From assembly GCA_963718045.1 (NCBI GenBank), contig OY970350.1, positions 420,001 through 452,000 of the forward strand: a stretch of 32,000 bases of DNA, written 5' to 3'. This stretch comes from Candidatus Saccharimonadota bacterium. GTDB taxonomy: Bacteria; Patescibacteriota; Saccharimonadia; Saccharimonadales; UBA4665. Below the pieces are notes generated by a model. That model searched no databases and was not told the DNA's origin. It saw only the letters and a program-made list of their open reading frames with translations. Below are positions 8,377 to 17,388 of the stretch, piece by piece (the first letter of the stretch is position 1; the number at the start of each line of letters is the position of its first letter). Both the position numbers and the translations under genes were made by a program.

Positions 8377-9276
8377 TTATACCTTAAGCTGCTGTTTTAA
8401 AAACAATTTTAATTCACTTGCTATAGACGCGTCTCGCATGGCAAAGCTATATGTCGCCTTAAGATAACTTAGTTTGTTGCCAAGGTCAAAATATTCACCG
8501 TTCCTGATCTCACAGCCAATTATTCTCCTGCCGTTTTCTATCATGAGCTTAAGGGCGTCATTGGCATAAAACTCTTTTCCTTCTTTTAGATTTTTGAGAG
8601 CTAAAGCGAAATATTCTAGCGAATCTGGTGTAAGAAGAAAGCCGCTGACACTTGCCTGGTCAGACGGAGCCTTATCGATACCTGGTTTTTCCGAGATTTC
8701 GGTTATTTCAGTAATATGCTTTGCCAAAGGTTTACCGCCAACTACACCGTATTTTTTATAGTCTTCCGGGTCACTGATCTTAATAGTGCTCATGACGGAG
8801 CAGTTATATTTTTTATAAGCATCGATCATTTGCTGGAAACGAAGCGGTTTTGATCTGAAGAAGTCATCACTCCAGGTAAATATAAATGGTTCATTGTTCA
8901 AGAGATGAGCGGCATTTATTAGCGGCGTAGCATTGCCGTATGGCCCTTTTTGACGAACATATATAAAGTTGGCAAGATTGGCTATTTTTTCAACTTCTTT
9001 AAGCATTGCTTCTTTGGAAGGACCGCCTTGTTTTAAGCTAGCAATTAGTTCGCTGCTGGGTCTGTCAAAATGATCTTCAATCGCTCTCTTTGTATAGCCG
9101 GTAACGATAATAATATCCTGGACGCCAACCGCTACCAGTTCTTCAACGACATACTGGATGACCGGCTTATCTACAAGCGGCAGCATTTCTTTGGGCGAAG
9201 CTTTTGTCTGAGGCAAAAATCTGGTGCCGAAACCAGCGGCGGCTATAACAGCTTTAGTGACTGGTTTTTTTCTCAT
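8377..9276 (-). CDS. galU: UTP--glucose-1-phosphate uridylyltransferase
   Basis: 299 aa. KAVIAAAGFGTRFLPQTKASPKEMLPLVDKPVIQYVVEE is the GalU N-terminal nucleotide-binding signature. The ATG overlaps the gatB stop by 1 nt (TAATG). Confidence 0.9.
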   Translation of the reverse strand: MRKKPVTKAVIAAAGFGTRFLPQTKASPKEMLPLVDKPVIQYVVEELVAVGVQDIIIVTGYTKRAIEDHFDRPSSELIASLKQGGPSKEAMLKEVEKIANLANFIYVRQKGPYGNATPLINAAHLLNNEPFIFTWSDDFFRSKPLRFQQMIDAYKKYNCSVMSTIKISDPEDYKKYGVVGGKPLAKHITEITEISEKPGIDKAPSDQASVSGFLLTPDSLEYFALALKNLKEGKEFYANDALKLMIENGRRIIGCEIRNGEYFDLGNKLSYLKATYSFAMRDASIASELKLFLKQQLKV

Positions 9277-10751
9277 TAACTTTTAATTTGAGCCCTGATT
9301 AAGTCATTAACAACTGCCGGATTTGCCTGGCCTTTAGTTTCTTTCATAACTTGGCCAACAAGAAAACCAATGGCCTTTTCTTGGCCGCTTTGAATATCTT
9401 TAACAGCTTCAGGACTGGCCGCTACAATCTTTTCAACAATCTGTTTAAGTTCGCCCTCATTAGAGTTTTGGGTCAGGCCTTCGTTTTTAACGTATGCAGC
9501 TATATCACCAGGCAGATTATCTAGCACCAGCAGCCTGTTTAACAGCTCCTTAGCGTTGGTTGAACTCAAACTGCCGGCTTCACTTAAAGAGTATGCTGAT
9601 TCGTAAAGCTCATGGACAGAGTCACTAGTAAGTTTAAGGCTATTAGTATTTTGGCCCTCTAATAGACCGCGTCTTAGAGGGATCTCTATGTTGACAATCC
9701 AGGAGGAAATTGTTTTTGCTTTTTCGCTGCTTAAATTCGTTAGGTAATCGATATGGCCAAGCGAGTATTCTATCTCTCCTTCAAGAAGCAAATCAATAAT
9801 GGAGCTGTCTAGATTATGTTTTGCCAGTTGTTCTCTCAGTTCTTTGGGCAGTTTCGGCATCGACGCGGCAATTTTTGAGATGTAATCCTCATCTAAATGA
9901 ACAGGAGGGATGTCTGGATCTGGCATATACCTATAGTCATCGGCATTTTCTTTAGTGCGCATGGAGTAGCCCTGGTTTTTAGTGTCGTTCCAGCCCCTTG
10001 TTTCCTGGGTGATCTTTTCACCTTTTTCAAGCAGCTCAATTTGTCTGTTCATCTCGCAGGCAATAGCTCTTTCGACACTTCTAAAACTGTTCAGGTTCTT
10101 GGTTTCTGTTCTGGTGCCGAGAATATCGTCAGCTGATACGCTGACGTTTACGTCAAAACGCATATTACCAAAGTAAAGGTTGGCATCCGAGACATCAGCG
10201 TAACGAATTAGAAGATACAGTTCCTGGCAGTAAGCTCTCGCTTCGGCCGGTGAGTGCATTTCGGGCTCAGAGACGATCTCAAGCAGCGGTGTGCCGGCCC
10301 TATTTAGATCAACTAGGCTATAGTCTTTGCCTTCCGGGTGAGTGCTCTTGCCGGCATCGGCCTCCAGGTGAGCTCGGGTAATATTAACTCTTTTAGTCTG
10401 GCCGTCCACATTAAATTCAATGTAGCCGCCAGCAATTATTGGCTCATCATACTGGGTTATTTGATAGCCCATGGGGAGATCTGGATAGAAATAGTGCTTC
10501 CGGTCAAATTTAGAAAAGGCCTGGGGTTTGGTGTTAAGGGCAAAAGCTGCACGGGAAGCAAGTTCTATGGCCCGGATATTTAAAACCGGCAAAGCACCGG
10601 GAAGACCAAAATCTATGTGATTAACTAAGGTATTAGGTGAAGCTGTACGGGCATCATTATCTGCACCTGAAAACAGCTTGGTCTTAGTTTTAAGCTGGAC
10701 ATGAGTCTCTATGCCGACTGTTAAAGTGTATTTTGAGTTATTTTCTGACAC
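9276..10751 (-). CDS. gatB: Asp/Glu-tRNA(Asn/Gln) amidotransferase subunit B
   Basis: 491 aa containing VGIETHVQLKTKTKLF, FDRKHYFYPDLPMGYQITQ and MRFDVNVS, plus a C-terminal YqeY-like tail (GQEKAIGFLVGQVMKETKGQANP). It has a GTG start. Confidence 0.95.
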   Translation of the reverse strand: MSENNSKYTLTVGIETHVQLKTKTKLFSGADNDARTASPNTLVNHIDFGLPGALPVLNIRAIELASRAAFALNTKPQAFSKFDRKHYFYPDLPMGYQITQYDEPIIAGGYIEFNVDGQTKRVNITRAHLEADAGKSTHPEGKDYSLVDLNRAGTPLLEIVSEPEMHSPAEARAYCQELYLLIRYADVSDANLYFGNMRFDVNVSVSADDILGTRTETKNLNSFRSVERAIACEMNRQIELLEKGEKITQETRGWNDTKNQGYSMRTKENADDYRYMPDPDIPPVHLDEDYISKIAASMPKLPKELREQLAKHNLDSSIIDLLLEGEIEYSLGHIDYLTNLSSEKAKTISSWIVNIEIPLRRGLLEGQNTNSLKLTSDSVHELYESAYSLSEAGSLSSTNAKELLNRLLVLDNLPGDIAAYVKNEGLTQNSNEGELKQIVEKIVAASPEAVKDIQSGQEKAIGFLVGQVMKETKGQANPAVVNDLIRAQIKS

Positions 10752-11178
10752 TGCCTATATCCGTTCTTTCTTCGCTTAAGGCTCCCAAATCTTTTAGGGC
10801 CAGTCTGTAGGACGTTAAAGCTTCGATAGTTTCCTTCTTAGTAACTTTCTTAAGTTCTTGTTCTTCAATTTTATTCTTTAGTTTATGGCTAAACCAGACA
10901 GCATCATTGGAAGATAAATATCTTTGGGCCGAAACTAATCTTTCACCAGTGGATTTTCCCTTGAAGTGTTTTCTTTTTAGAGCTTCGTCTAGCAGCGCAT
11001 CGGCATCGATAATAGCCTTACACCATGTCTTTTTATCGGCACAAAGCTTCTGTATTCTATTCCAGCGTCTTTTAAAATATCTTTTGTCTAGAACATATGT
11101 TTTCTTTCTATAAAACAAACAAACAAGTATCACTACACCGATCAGACAAGCACTGGCAATGTTGATTATTTGAAACAT
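10738..11178 (-). CDS. Hypothetical membrane-anchored protein embedded in the gatCAB operon
   Basis: 146 aa with an N-terminal TM helix (IINIASACLIGVVILVCLF) followed by RKK, so positive-inside topology puts the ~115-aa helical domain in the cytoplasm. The start overlaps the gatA stop (TAATG) and the 3' end overlaps the gatB GTG start by 14 nt. Confidence 0.7.
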   Translation of the reverse strand: MFQIINIASACLIGVVILVCLFYRKKTYVLDKRYFKRRWNRIQKLCADKKTWCKAIIDADALLDEALKRKHFKGKSTGERLVSAQRYLSSNDAVWFSHKLKNKIEEQELKKVTKKETIEALTSYRLALKDLGALSEERTDIGSVRK

Positions 11179-12599
11179 TAAACTATACCCTCGATAGATT
11201 TAGCAAAGTTTAAAAGTTCCTTATCTTTCTTATGAGCAGCTATTAACTGCATGCCGACTGGCAGCGCGCCGACACTGCCAACGGGCAAAACAATCGCCGG
11301 TACGCCGACTAAATTCCCGGCTACAGTCATAATGTCATTTAAGTACATTGCCAGTGGATCATTGACTAGCTCACCGACTTTAAAAGCTGGCGTTGCCGTG
11401 GTTGGCCCCAGTAGGAAGTCAACCTTATTAAAGGCCTGGTGGAATTCATTAATAAGCTTTGTTCTGACAGTCTGGGCCCTTTTATAATAGGCATCATAGT
11501 AGCCGCTAGATAAAACGTACGTACCGATCATTATCCGGCGTTTAGCCTCAGCACCAAAGCCTCTAGAGCGGCTGTTTAAATAGCTGTTTTCAAGTGTTTT
11601 TGCTTCTTTATCACTGTAGCCGTAGCGCTGACCGTCATAACGGCTCAAATTTGAGGATACTTCGGCTGGACAAAGGACGTAGTACGTTGCCAGAGATAAA
11701 GGCAGGCTCGGCAGACTAACTTCACTAATGACTGCCCCATTTGCCGACAGCTTGTCAGCTGCTTCAAGAATTAGTTTTTTCACTCCCTCGTCAATACCTT
11801 CGGACAGATACTCTTTAATAAGACCGATTTTAAGCTGTTTAGCTGGCTCGCTAAAGTCAGTGAAGCGGTTATCGTCAATATCTATTGTGGTTGAATCTAG
11901 GGGGTCTTTGCCGGACATAACTTCCATGACTATCGAAACATCTTCGACGTTACTTGCTAGGGCACCGATACAATCAGTGCTTGAAGCCATAGCCACCACG
12001 CCGGACCGGCTAACTAAGCCGTATGTTGGCTTATAGCCAACTATGCCGCAAAAGCTGGCCGGTAGCCTTATGGACCCGCCGGTATCAGTACCTAGACTAA
12101 ACGGTGTCATACCTAAGCTAACAGCCGCTGCTGAACCGCCTGAACTGCCGCCCGCCACCCGCTCTTTGTCGTGCGGATTAAAGGTGGTAAAGAAATCGCT
12201 GTTTTCTGTACTGGTGCCATGAGCAAAAGCATCTAAATTTGCTTTGGCCACACAAATAGCCCCTTCAGCTTCTAGCTTATTAATAACTGTTGCTTGATAC
12301 GGAGCGTTAAAGCCCTTAAGTATGTTACTGGCGGCCGTAGTTTCAGCACCAAATACTAAGAAATTGTCCTTGGCAATAAACGGTACGCCGGCAAGACGGC
12401 CGGCGGTCTTCTTTTCTTTTACAAGACCATCAATTTTAGCGGCTCTTTCAAAAGCTCGTTCTTCAGTCTTAGCTATTATCGCTTGGTACTCGGCATTTTC
12501 ATCAATTAAACCTAGAGCCTTTTTAACCTGGTCAGTGGCGGTTGCTTTGCCGCCGTTAACATCATCAGCAATAGCTTTAATCTTAGGCCACTGATTCAT
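11178..12599 (-). CDS. gatA: Glu-tRNA(Gln) amidotransferase subunit A
   Basis: 473 aa with the amidase signature GGSSGGSAAAVS...GTDTGGSIRLPASFCG. The ATGA overlap with the gatC stop indicates coupling. Confidence 0.95.
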   Translation of the reverse strand: MNQWPKIKAIADDVNGGKATATDQVKKALGLIDENAEYQAIIAKTEERAFERAAKIDGLVKEKKTAGRLAGVPFIAKDNFLVFGAETTAASNILKGFNAPYQATVINKLEAEGAICVAKANLDAFAHGTSTENSDFFTTFNPHDKERVAGGSSGGSAAAVSLGMTPFSLGTDTGGSIRLPASFCGIVGYKPTYGLVSRSGVVAMASSTDCIGALASNVEDVSIVMEVMSGKDPLDSTTIDIDDNRFTDFSEPAKQLKIGLIKEYLSEGIDEGVKKLILEAADKLSANGAVISEVSLPSLPLSLATYYVLCPAEVSSNLSRYDGQRYGYSDKEAKTLENSYLNSRSRGFGAEAKRRIMIGTYVLSSGYYDAYYKRAQTVRTKLINEFHQAFNKVDFLLGPTTATPAFKVGELVNDPLAMYLNDIMTVAGNLVGVPAIVLPVGSVGALPVGMQLIAAHKKDKELLNFAKSIEGIV

Positions 12600-12889
12600 T
12601 CGATTATCCGTCCGACTTGGATATATCTGCCTGATAACTTAGGGACATTTTTTAATAGATCATCAGGGTTATAGCCGTAGTCTATAATCTCATCTTCACG
12701 CCAGACGTTAAACAAACCGGTTACCTGATTGGTTGGTTTAAGGTCGGCTACATCAGCTGTTTGAAGCTGGTCAACATAATCCAGGATTTTAGAAAGCTCG
12801 TTCGTAAAACTATCTGCTTCTTCGTCAGTTAGTTTTAGGCGAGCCAACTTGGCCAACTTATAGACATCGTCCCGGGATAGTTTTGCCAT
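12596..12889 (-). CDS. gatC: Asp/Glu-tRNA amidotransferase subunit C
   Basis: 97 aa. LAKLARLKLTDEE...ILDYVDQL is typical of GatC, and the gene sits directly upstream of gatA. Confidence 0.9.
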   Translation of the reverse strand: MAKLSRDDVYKLAKLARLKLTDEEADSFTNELSKILDYVDQLQTADVADLKPTNQVTGLFNVWREDEIIDYGYNPDDLLKNVPKLSGRYIQVGRIIE

Positions 12890-12947
12890 TTGTATTTAAG
12901 TATAACCTAAGGATAAAAAAATTGCCTAGAACATTGTCCCATTTACA

Positions 12948-12975
12948 TTTACTTTTTAGATAAAAATGTTAATAT
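12948..12975 (+). promoter_or_regulatory. Predicted promoter with leaderless geometry for orf163: -35 TTTACT, 16 nt, extended -10 TGtTAATAT, 6 nt, ATG
   Basis: TTTACT is at 12948..12953, TG at 12967..12968 and TAATAT at 12970..12975. After atttaa comes the ATG at 12982. There is no SD. Confidence 0.5.
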
Positions 12976-12981
12976 ATTTAA

Positions 12982-13473
12982 ATGCTAGTTAAACAAGAGC
13001 TCTCTCCAGAAGCGAGGCAGGCAGTAGTAAGTTATAACGCAATTTTTAAACTGCTTGGTATAGCCGATAGATATAAGCAGTCACTATCGGCAAGGGTTGA
13101 AGAATATATGAAGGTAGGTGGGATAACAATTGGTATCAGTGAGAAAATCGGTCAATACCAAGCTGCAATGAATTCGGATTCCCCTATCACAGTATTAAGA
13201 ACAGAGCTGCCCAGTGAGAACCATTGCGCTAGCTGGCTCTTTTCACTAGTAAGACTTGAATTAGGCGATGGTAGCCTAATACCAGGCTCAATGGTTGCGG
13301 TAGGTCATCGTGATCATATTGAAGTTGATGGTCATGAAGCTCAAGTTAGAGAAAATGGTAAAGGTATGTTTAGCGATGAGGATGTTAGCTTGGTTGCAAG
13401 AGCCGAAGAACATCTGATAGCAATGGGTTCTAGCATTGACATAGGCTCTTCTGGGCTTGATGACTTAATTTAG
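12982..13473 (+). CDS. Hypothetical acidic 163-aa protein, no recognisable family
   Basis: It is the only plus-strand ORF between the gatC operon head and the uvrB 3' end, and a promoter-like element lies directly upstream. No motif could be assigned; it contains a His-rich patch (VGHRDHIEVDGHE). Confidence 0.6.
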   Translation: MLVKQELSPEARQAVVSYNAIFKLLGIADRYKQSLSARVEEYMKVGGITIGISEKIGQYQAAMNSDSPITVLRTELPSENHCASWLFSLVRLELGDGSLIPGSMVAVGHRDHIEVDGHEAQVRENGKGMFSDEDVSLVARAEEHLIAMGSSIDIGSSGLDDLI

Positions 13474-13482
13474 ACTTAGTTT

Positions 13483-15447
13483 TTAGAGCTTACTCTTTAC
13501 GTCGTTAATTATGTCCCTGAGTTCGGCAGCTTGCTCAAATTGCAGGTTGGCAGCCGCTAATTGCATTTGGGCAGTTAAGTCCTTAATTAGTGACGTATAT
13601 TCTTCTTTTGGAATTTTATTAAGCTCTAATTTGGCCCGTTTTGCTTCTTCTGGTAAATCTGGCCTTAGGCCTTTGTCTATGCTCTTAGATATACCGGTAG
13701 GAGTTATTCCATTTTCTTTGTTATATTTAGCCTGCACTGTTCGCCTTCGGTTGGTGACATCAATTGTTTTTCTCATGCTTTCAGTGACGTGATCGGCATA
13801 CATCAAAACATGGCCATTCTCGTGTCTGGCGGCTCTGCCGACAGTTTGAATTAAGGCTTGTTCGCTCCGAAGGAAACCTTCTTTATCGGCATCCAGTATT
13901 GCCACCAGGCTAACTTCAGGCAGATCCAGGCCTTCTCTTAAAAGGTTAATACCGACTAGAACATCGTAAACACCTAGTCTTAGGTCTCTTAAGATATCAC
14001 TTCGCTCGAGAGTGTCTATATCACTATGCAGGTAAGCAACTTTGATGTTTAGGTTTTCAAGATATTCGGCCAGATCTTCGGCCATCCGTTTAGTCAGGGT
14101 CGTTATGAGAACTCTTTGGTGCTTACTCACTGTTTCTTTAATTTCACTCAAGAGATCGTCTATTTGGCCGGTAATCGGTCTGACTTCAATTTTTGGATCA
14201 ATTAGTCCGGTTGGTCTAATGACTTGTTCAGCTGGATCCGGACTTCTCGACAGCTCATATTCAGCCGGAGTGGCGCTGACATAAATAACCTGGTTGACAT
14301 GTCTTTCAAACTCGGTAAATGTTAACGGCCTGTTATCTAAAGCACTGGGCAGACGGAAACCGTGCTCGACCAGGACTTCTTTTCTAGAGCGGTCACCGTT
14401 ATACATGCCTCTAAGCTGGGGCATGGTCATATGGCTTTCATCTATAAACATCAAAAAATCATCGGGGAAGTAGTCTAGCAAGGTAGCTGGCTGCTCGCCT
14501 GGACTTCGGTTAGTTAAGTAGCGTGAATAGTTTTCAATGCCTTTAACAAAACCGGTTTCACGCATCATTTCAATATCAAAATTAGTTCTTTGAGCTAGTC
14601 TTTGGGCTTCCAGCAGCTTATCTTGGCTTTTAAGTTCACTAAGACGTTCTTCCAGTTCAATTTCAATCTTAGTCAGGGCTAATTGCAGCTTTTCCTGTGG
14701 CGTTACATAGTGAGACCCGGGGAATACCCTATAGCTTTTGAGATTGGCTATCACTTCGCCGGTTAATGGATCTAGTCTGGTTATCTTTTCAACTTGGTCG
14801 TCATCAAATTCAATCCTATAAGCCATCTCTTCGCTGGCCGGAAAAACATCAATAACGTCACCTCTGACTCTAAAAGTGCTTCTGTGGAAATCGATGTCGT
14901 TACGTTCATACTGGATGTCGCTTAACTGGCGCATGAATTTGTCTCTGACTTTTCTCGATCCGGCTTCGATGGCTATGGATAAACTGCTGTAATCTTCGAC
15001 CGAACCAATACCGTATATACAGCTGACGCTGGCAACAATAATAACGTCACTCCTAGATAAAAGAGAATCGGTGGCGGCATGCCTTAAGCGGTCGATTTCT
15101 TCATTAATTGCCGAGTCTTTTTCAATATATGTGTCACTTCTTGGTATGTATGCTTCTGGCTGGTAGTAATCGAAATAGCTAACGAAATAGTGGACAGCGT
15201 TATCCGGGAAAAAGTTTCTAAATTCGGTGTATAGCTGGGCGGCTAGTGTCTTATTATGGCTTAGAACAAGCGTTGGCCTGTTTGCGCTGGCAATGACATT
15301 TGACATTGTAAAGGTTTTGCCTGAACCAGTAACACCAAGAAGAGTTTGATGTTTTAATCCTTTATTTAGACCGTCTGTCAGCTGGGCAATAGCTTTAGGC
15401 TGGTCACCAGTCGGCCGGTAATTACTGTGAAGTTTAAATATTCCCAT
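13483..15447 (-). CDS. uvrB: Excinuclease ABC subunit B
   Basis: 654 aa with Walker [11 protein letters not shown], helicase motifs (DESH, GRAAR) and a C-terminal UVR domain ([13 protein letters not shown]). Confidence 0.97.
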   Translation of the reverse strand: MGIFKLHSNYRPTGDQPKAIAQLTDGLNKGLKHQTLLGVTGSGKTFTMSNVIASANRPTLVLSHNKTLAAQLYTEFRNFFPDNAVHYFVSYFDYYQPEAYIPRSDTYIEKDSAINEEIDRLRHAATDSLLSRSDVIIVASVSCIYGIGSVEDYSSLSIAIEAGSRKVRDKFMRQLSDIQYERNDIDFHRSTFRVRGDVIDVFPASEEMAYRIEFDDDQVEKITRLDPLTGEVIANLKSYRVFPGSHYVTPQEKLQLALTKIEIELEERLSELKSQDKLLEAQRLAQRTNFDIEMMRETGFVKGIENYSRYLTNRSPGEQPATLLDYFPDDFLMFIDESHMTMPQLRGMYNGDRSRKEVLVEHGFRLPSALDNRPLTFTEFERHVNQVIYVSATPAEYELSRSPDPAEQVIRPTGLIDPKIEVRPITGQIDDLLSEIKETVSKHQRVLITTLTKRMAEDLAEYLENLNIKVAYLHSDIDTLERSDILRDLRLGVYDVLVGINLLREGLDLPEVSLVAILDADKEGFLRSEQALIQTVGRAARHENGHVLMYADHVTESMRKTIDVTNRRRTVQAKYNKENGITPTGISKSIDKGLRPDLPEEAKRAKLELNKIPKEEYTSLIKDLTAQMQLAAANLQFEQAAELRDIINDVKSKL

Positions 15448-15490
15448 ATCCCATCTATTTTATATGATCAGGGACCAGGGGCGCTAATAT

Positions 15491-16057
15491 CTACTTAAGG
15501 ATTTTCAGATACTTAGAGTTTTCTTCGTCTAAATGCTTAGTTAGTTGATTGATCAGGTCTTCAGCTGAATCGCTAAAACAAATAACGGTATTATTACGGT
15601 GGGGTGCAGATATCTCCATGAGTTTATTAATTTCATCACTTATGCCGCCGGCACCATGGAGAATGCCTACCGGCGTGCCTGTTTCAAGGGCAATAGTAAA
15701 CTCATGCAGAGTACCTAGCCGGCCGCCGATAGATAGGACCGCATCGCTTGATGTAATAAGGAGAGTATCACGGCCAACGTAGTGCAGGCCGGTATATAAG
15801 ATGAAGTCATAGGCTGCTGTGGGCAAGCGGTATTTTAGGATGTGTTCAACCTTAGATCCGGCGGGGCTAATGCCAACGCACATCTTTCCGCCAGCTGCCT
15901 TATATCCTTCAGAGGCGTAGTTGGGCAGTCCTGTTGTCGCACCAGTGAGCAAGCTATGACCTGCTTTTGCTAGGGCTTTACCCAGTTCAGTAGCCAGCTG
16001 CCTGCCCTCTTCAACGCTTTCACCCCTAGCTGCCCCGGATACACTAAATTGATACAT
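15491..16057 (-). CDS. TIGR00725/LOG-like Rossmann-fold protein (SLOG superfamily)
   Basis: 188 aa. It shows the family pattern ...LGKALAKAGHSLLTGATTGL...GISP...ITSSDAVLSIGGRLGTLHEF...GTPVGIL. It has a GGxxGTxxE-like motif, but the first glycine-rich motif is altered. It starts 8 nt after the stop of orf417. Confidence 0.75.
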   Translation of the reverse strand: MYQFSVSGAARGESVEEGRQLATELGKALAKAGHSLLTGATTGLPNYASEGYKAAGGKMCVGISPAGSKVEHILKYRLPTAAYDFILYTGLHYVGRDTLLITSSDAVLSIGGRLGTLHEFTIALETGTPVGILHGAGGISDEINKLMEISAPHRNNTVICFSDSAEDLINQLTKHLDEENSKYLKILK

Positions 16058-16065
16058 ATTCCCTC

Positions 16066-17319
16066 TTAACTTAATACGCTATTGTCAATAAGCTCCGGAC
16101 TAACTTCATTTTCGCTGTTAATTGAATCAACAACCAGCTCGGGAGCTAAATATAGCTTAGCAATTTCCTGTCTTAAAGCGTAGCGGCAATGATCCAGTGT
16201 CCTATTTTCAAAAGATAATTTATTAACCAGATTACTAGCAACATCAAGGATATTAAATGAAATTGGCTGGCTTTCTTTTACCATAGCTAAAAATTGACAG
16301 TCTTTCCAGAAGTTTAAATCATCTAAGACGTCACCTAGTTTAGTTAGCAGATTTACCGGTTTTAGGTCCTCTGGACTAACGTGAGGAGCAAATATATTTT
16401 CAATACGGCTTGATAGTGCGTGCTGGGCTGTGTTCCATGAGACGGGTTGTTCTAGAACTTTATGGTCTATATATGGCTCATGATCGACAATACTGCTTAG
16501 TTTTAAAGCAAAACTTGCATCTACCTGATGAAGTTTAAGGTAGCTTGAAACACTTAATATTACCGAAACTTCACTTAATAGTTTAGACAGAAGCATAGTG
16601 CTGTAGCCGGCCTCTGGCTTGTTGCTCACCGGCAGCAAAACAACGGAAGCTGTTTCATAATTACTAATCAGGGTTAAACCAGTTTGTTTTTTTATGTCCT
16701 CAAACAGGTTAAGCCACTTCTTTTCTTTAGCCACAAAAAAACCGACTTTACGAAGCTCAAAACAGCTTGGGTCTAGCTTTTTATATCTAGCATAGAAATT
16801 AGCAAGATATGACTCTGATTCATAGTAGTTAATAGCCAGCAGGATAAAGGTAACTGGCTCTAATTTTAATAAGGAGTCGACTGATCTGTAGCCTAAGGCC
16901 TTCATGGTTCTTTTAGGTGACTGGTCCTTAAACTGGTGTTTTAAAACACTGGATTTAAGGGCAAAGCAGTCTCTGTCTAGTTTTAAGTCTTTAATAACTT
17001 CGATTAAACCGTCAGATATATTAGCTTCAGCGTTAACCTTCTGGGCCGCAATAGATCTTAGTTTCTTGGTTAATTTAGCGTCGTCTTTAACAAGTTTGTC
17101 GTTTAAGCTAAAGTAAAGCTCTCTGGCCGTGGTGTCGTTAGGATCCAGACCCAGTTGTTTAAGCTTGGACGCAATTGAGCAATACATCTTAGACGTTAGC
17201 CTTAGGTCATGGTTTGGATGGCCACTGCGTCTTTCTTGGGCGACTAATACTTGTTTAGTCTTGGGATCGTTGTTGCCTAAGATTTCCAGAAGAAAGCGGC
17301 TCAAATTAACTACAATCAC
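16066..17319 (-). CDS. Hypothetical 417-aa protein, unassignable by motif
   Basis: A long uninterrupted ORF on the same strand as its neighbours. The GTG start is directly preceded by AAAGG, so the start position is uncertain. I see no P-loop, GxGxxG or transmembrane segment. It appears predominantly helical and Leu/Lys/Ser-rich. Confidence 0.7.
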   Translation of the reverse strand: MIVVNLSRFLLEILGNNDPKTKQVLVAQERRSGHPNHDLRLTSKMYCSIASKLKQLGLDPNDTTARELYFSLNDKLVKDDAKLTKKLRSIAAQKVNAEANISDGLIEVIKDLKLDRDCFALKSSVLKHQFKDQSPKRTMKALGYRSVDSLLKLEPVTFILLAINYYESESYLANFYARYKKLDPSCFELRKVGFFVAKEKKWLNLFEDIKKQTGLTLISNYETASVVLLPVSNKPEAGYSTMLLSKLLSEVSVILSVSSYLKLHQVDASFALKLSSIVDHEPYIDHKVLEQPVSWNTAQHALSSRIENIFAPHVSPEDLKPVNLLTKLGDVLDDLNFWKDCQFLAMVKESQPISFNILDVASNLVNKLSFENRTLDHCRYALRQEIAKLYLAPELVVDSINSENEVSPELIDNSVLS

Positions 17320-17388
17320 CTTTCTTTATTTGTTTTAAAGATTATCCAGAGTACACACCTATTTTAACATAAGTAGGATTATAAATCG

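Noticed and set aside
9265-9271. A7 homopolymer (T7 on the plus strand) in codons 3-5 of galU as a phase-variation tract
   Set aside because: Seven residues is short for slipped-strand switching, and the tract simply encodes Lys-Lys. There is no supporting evidence.
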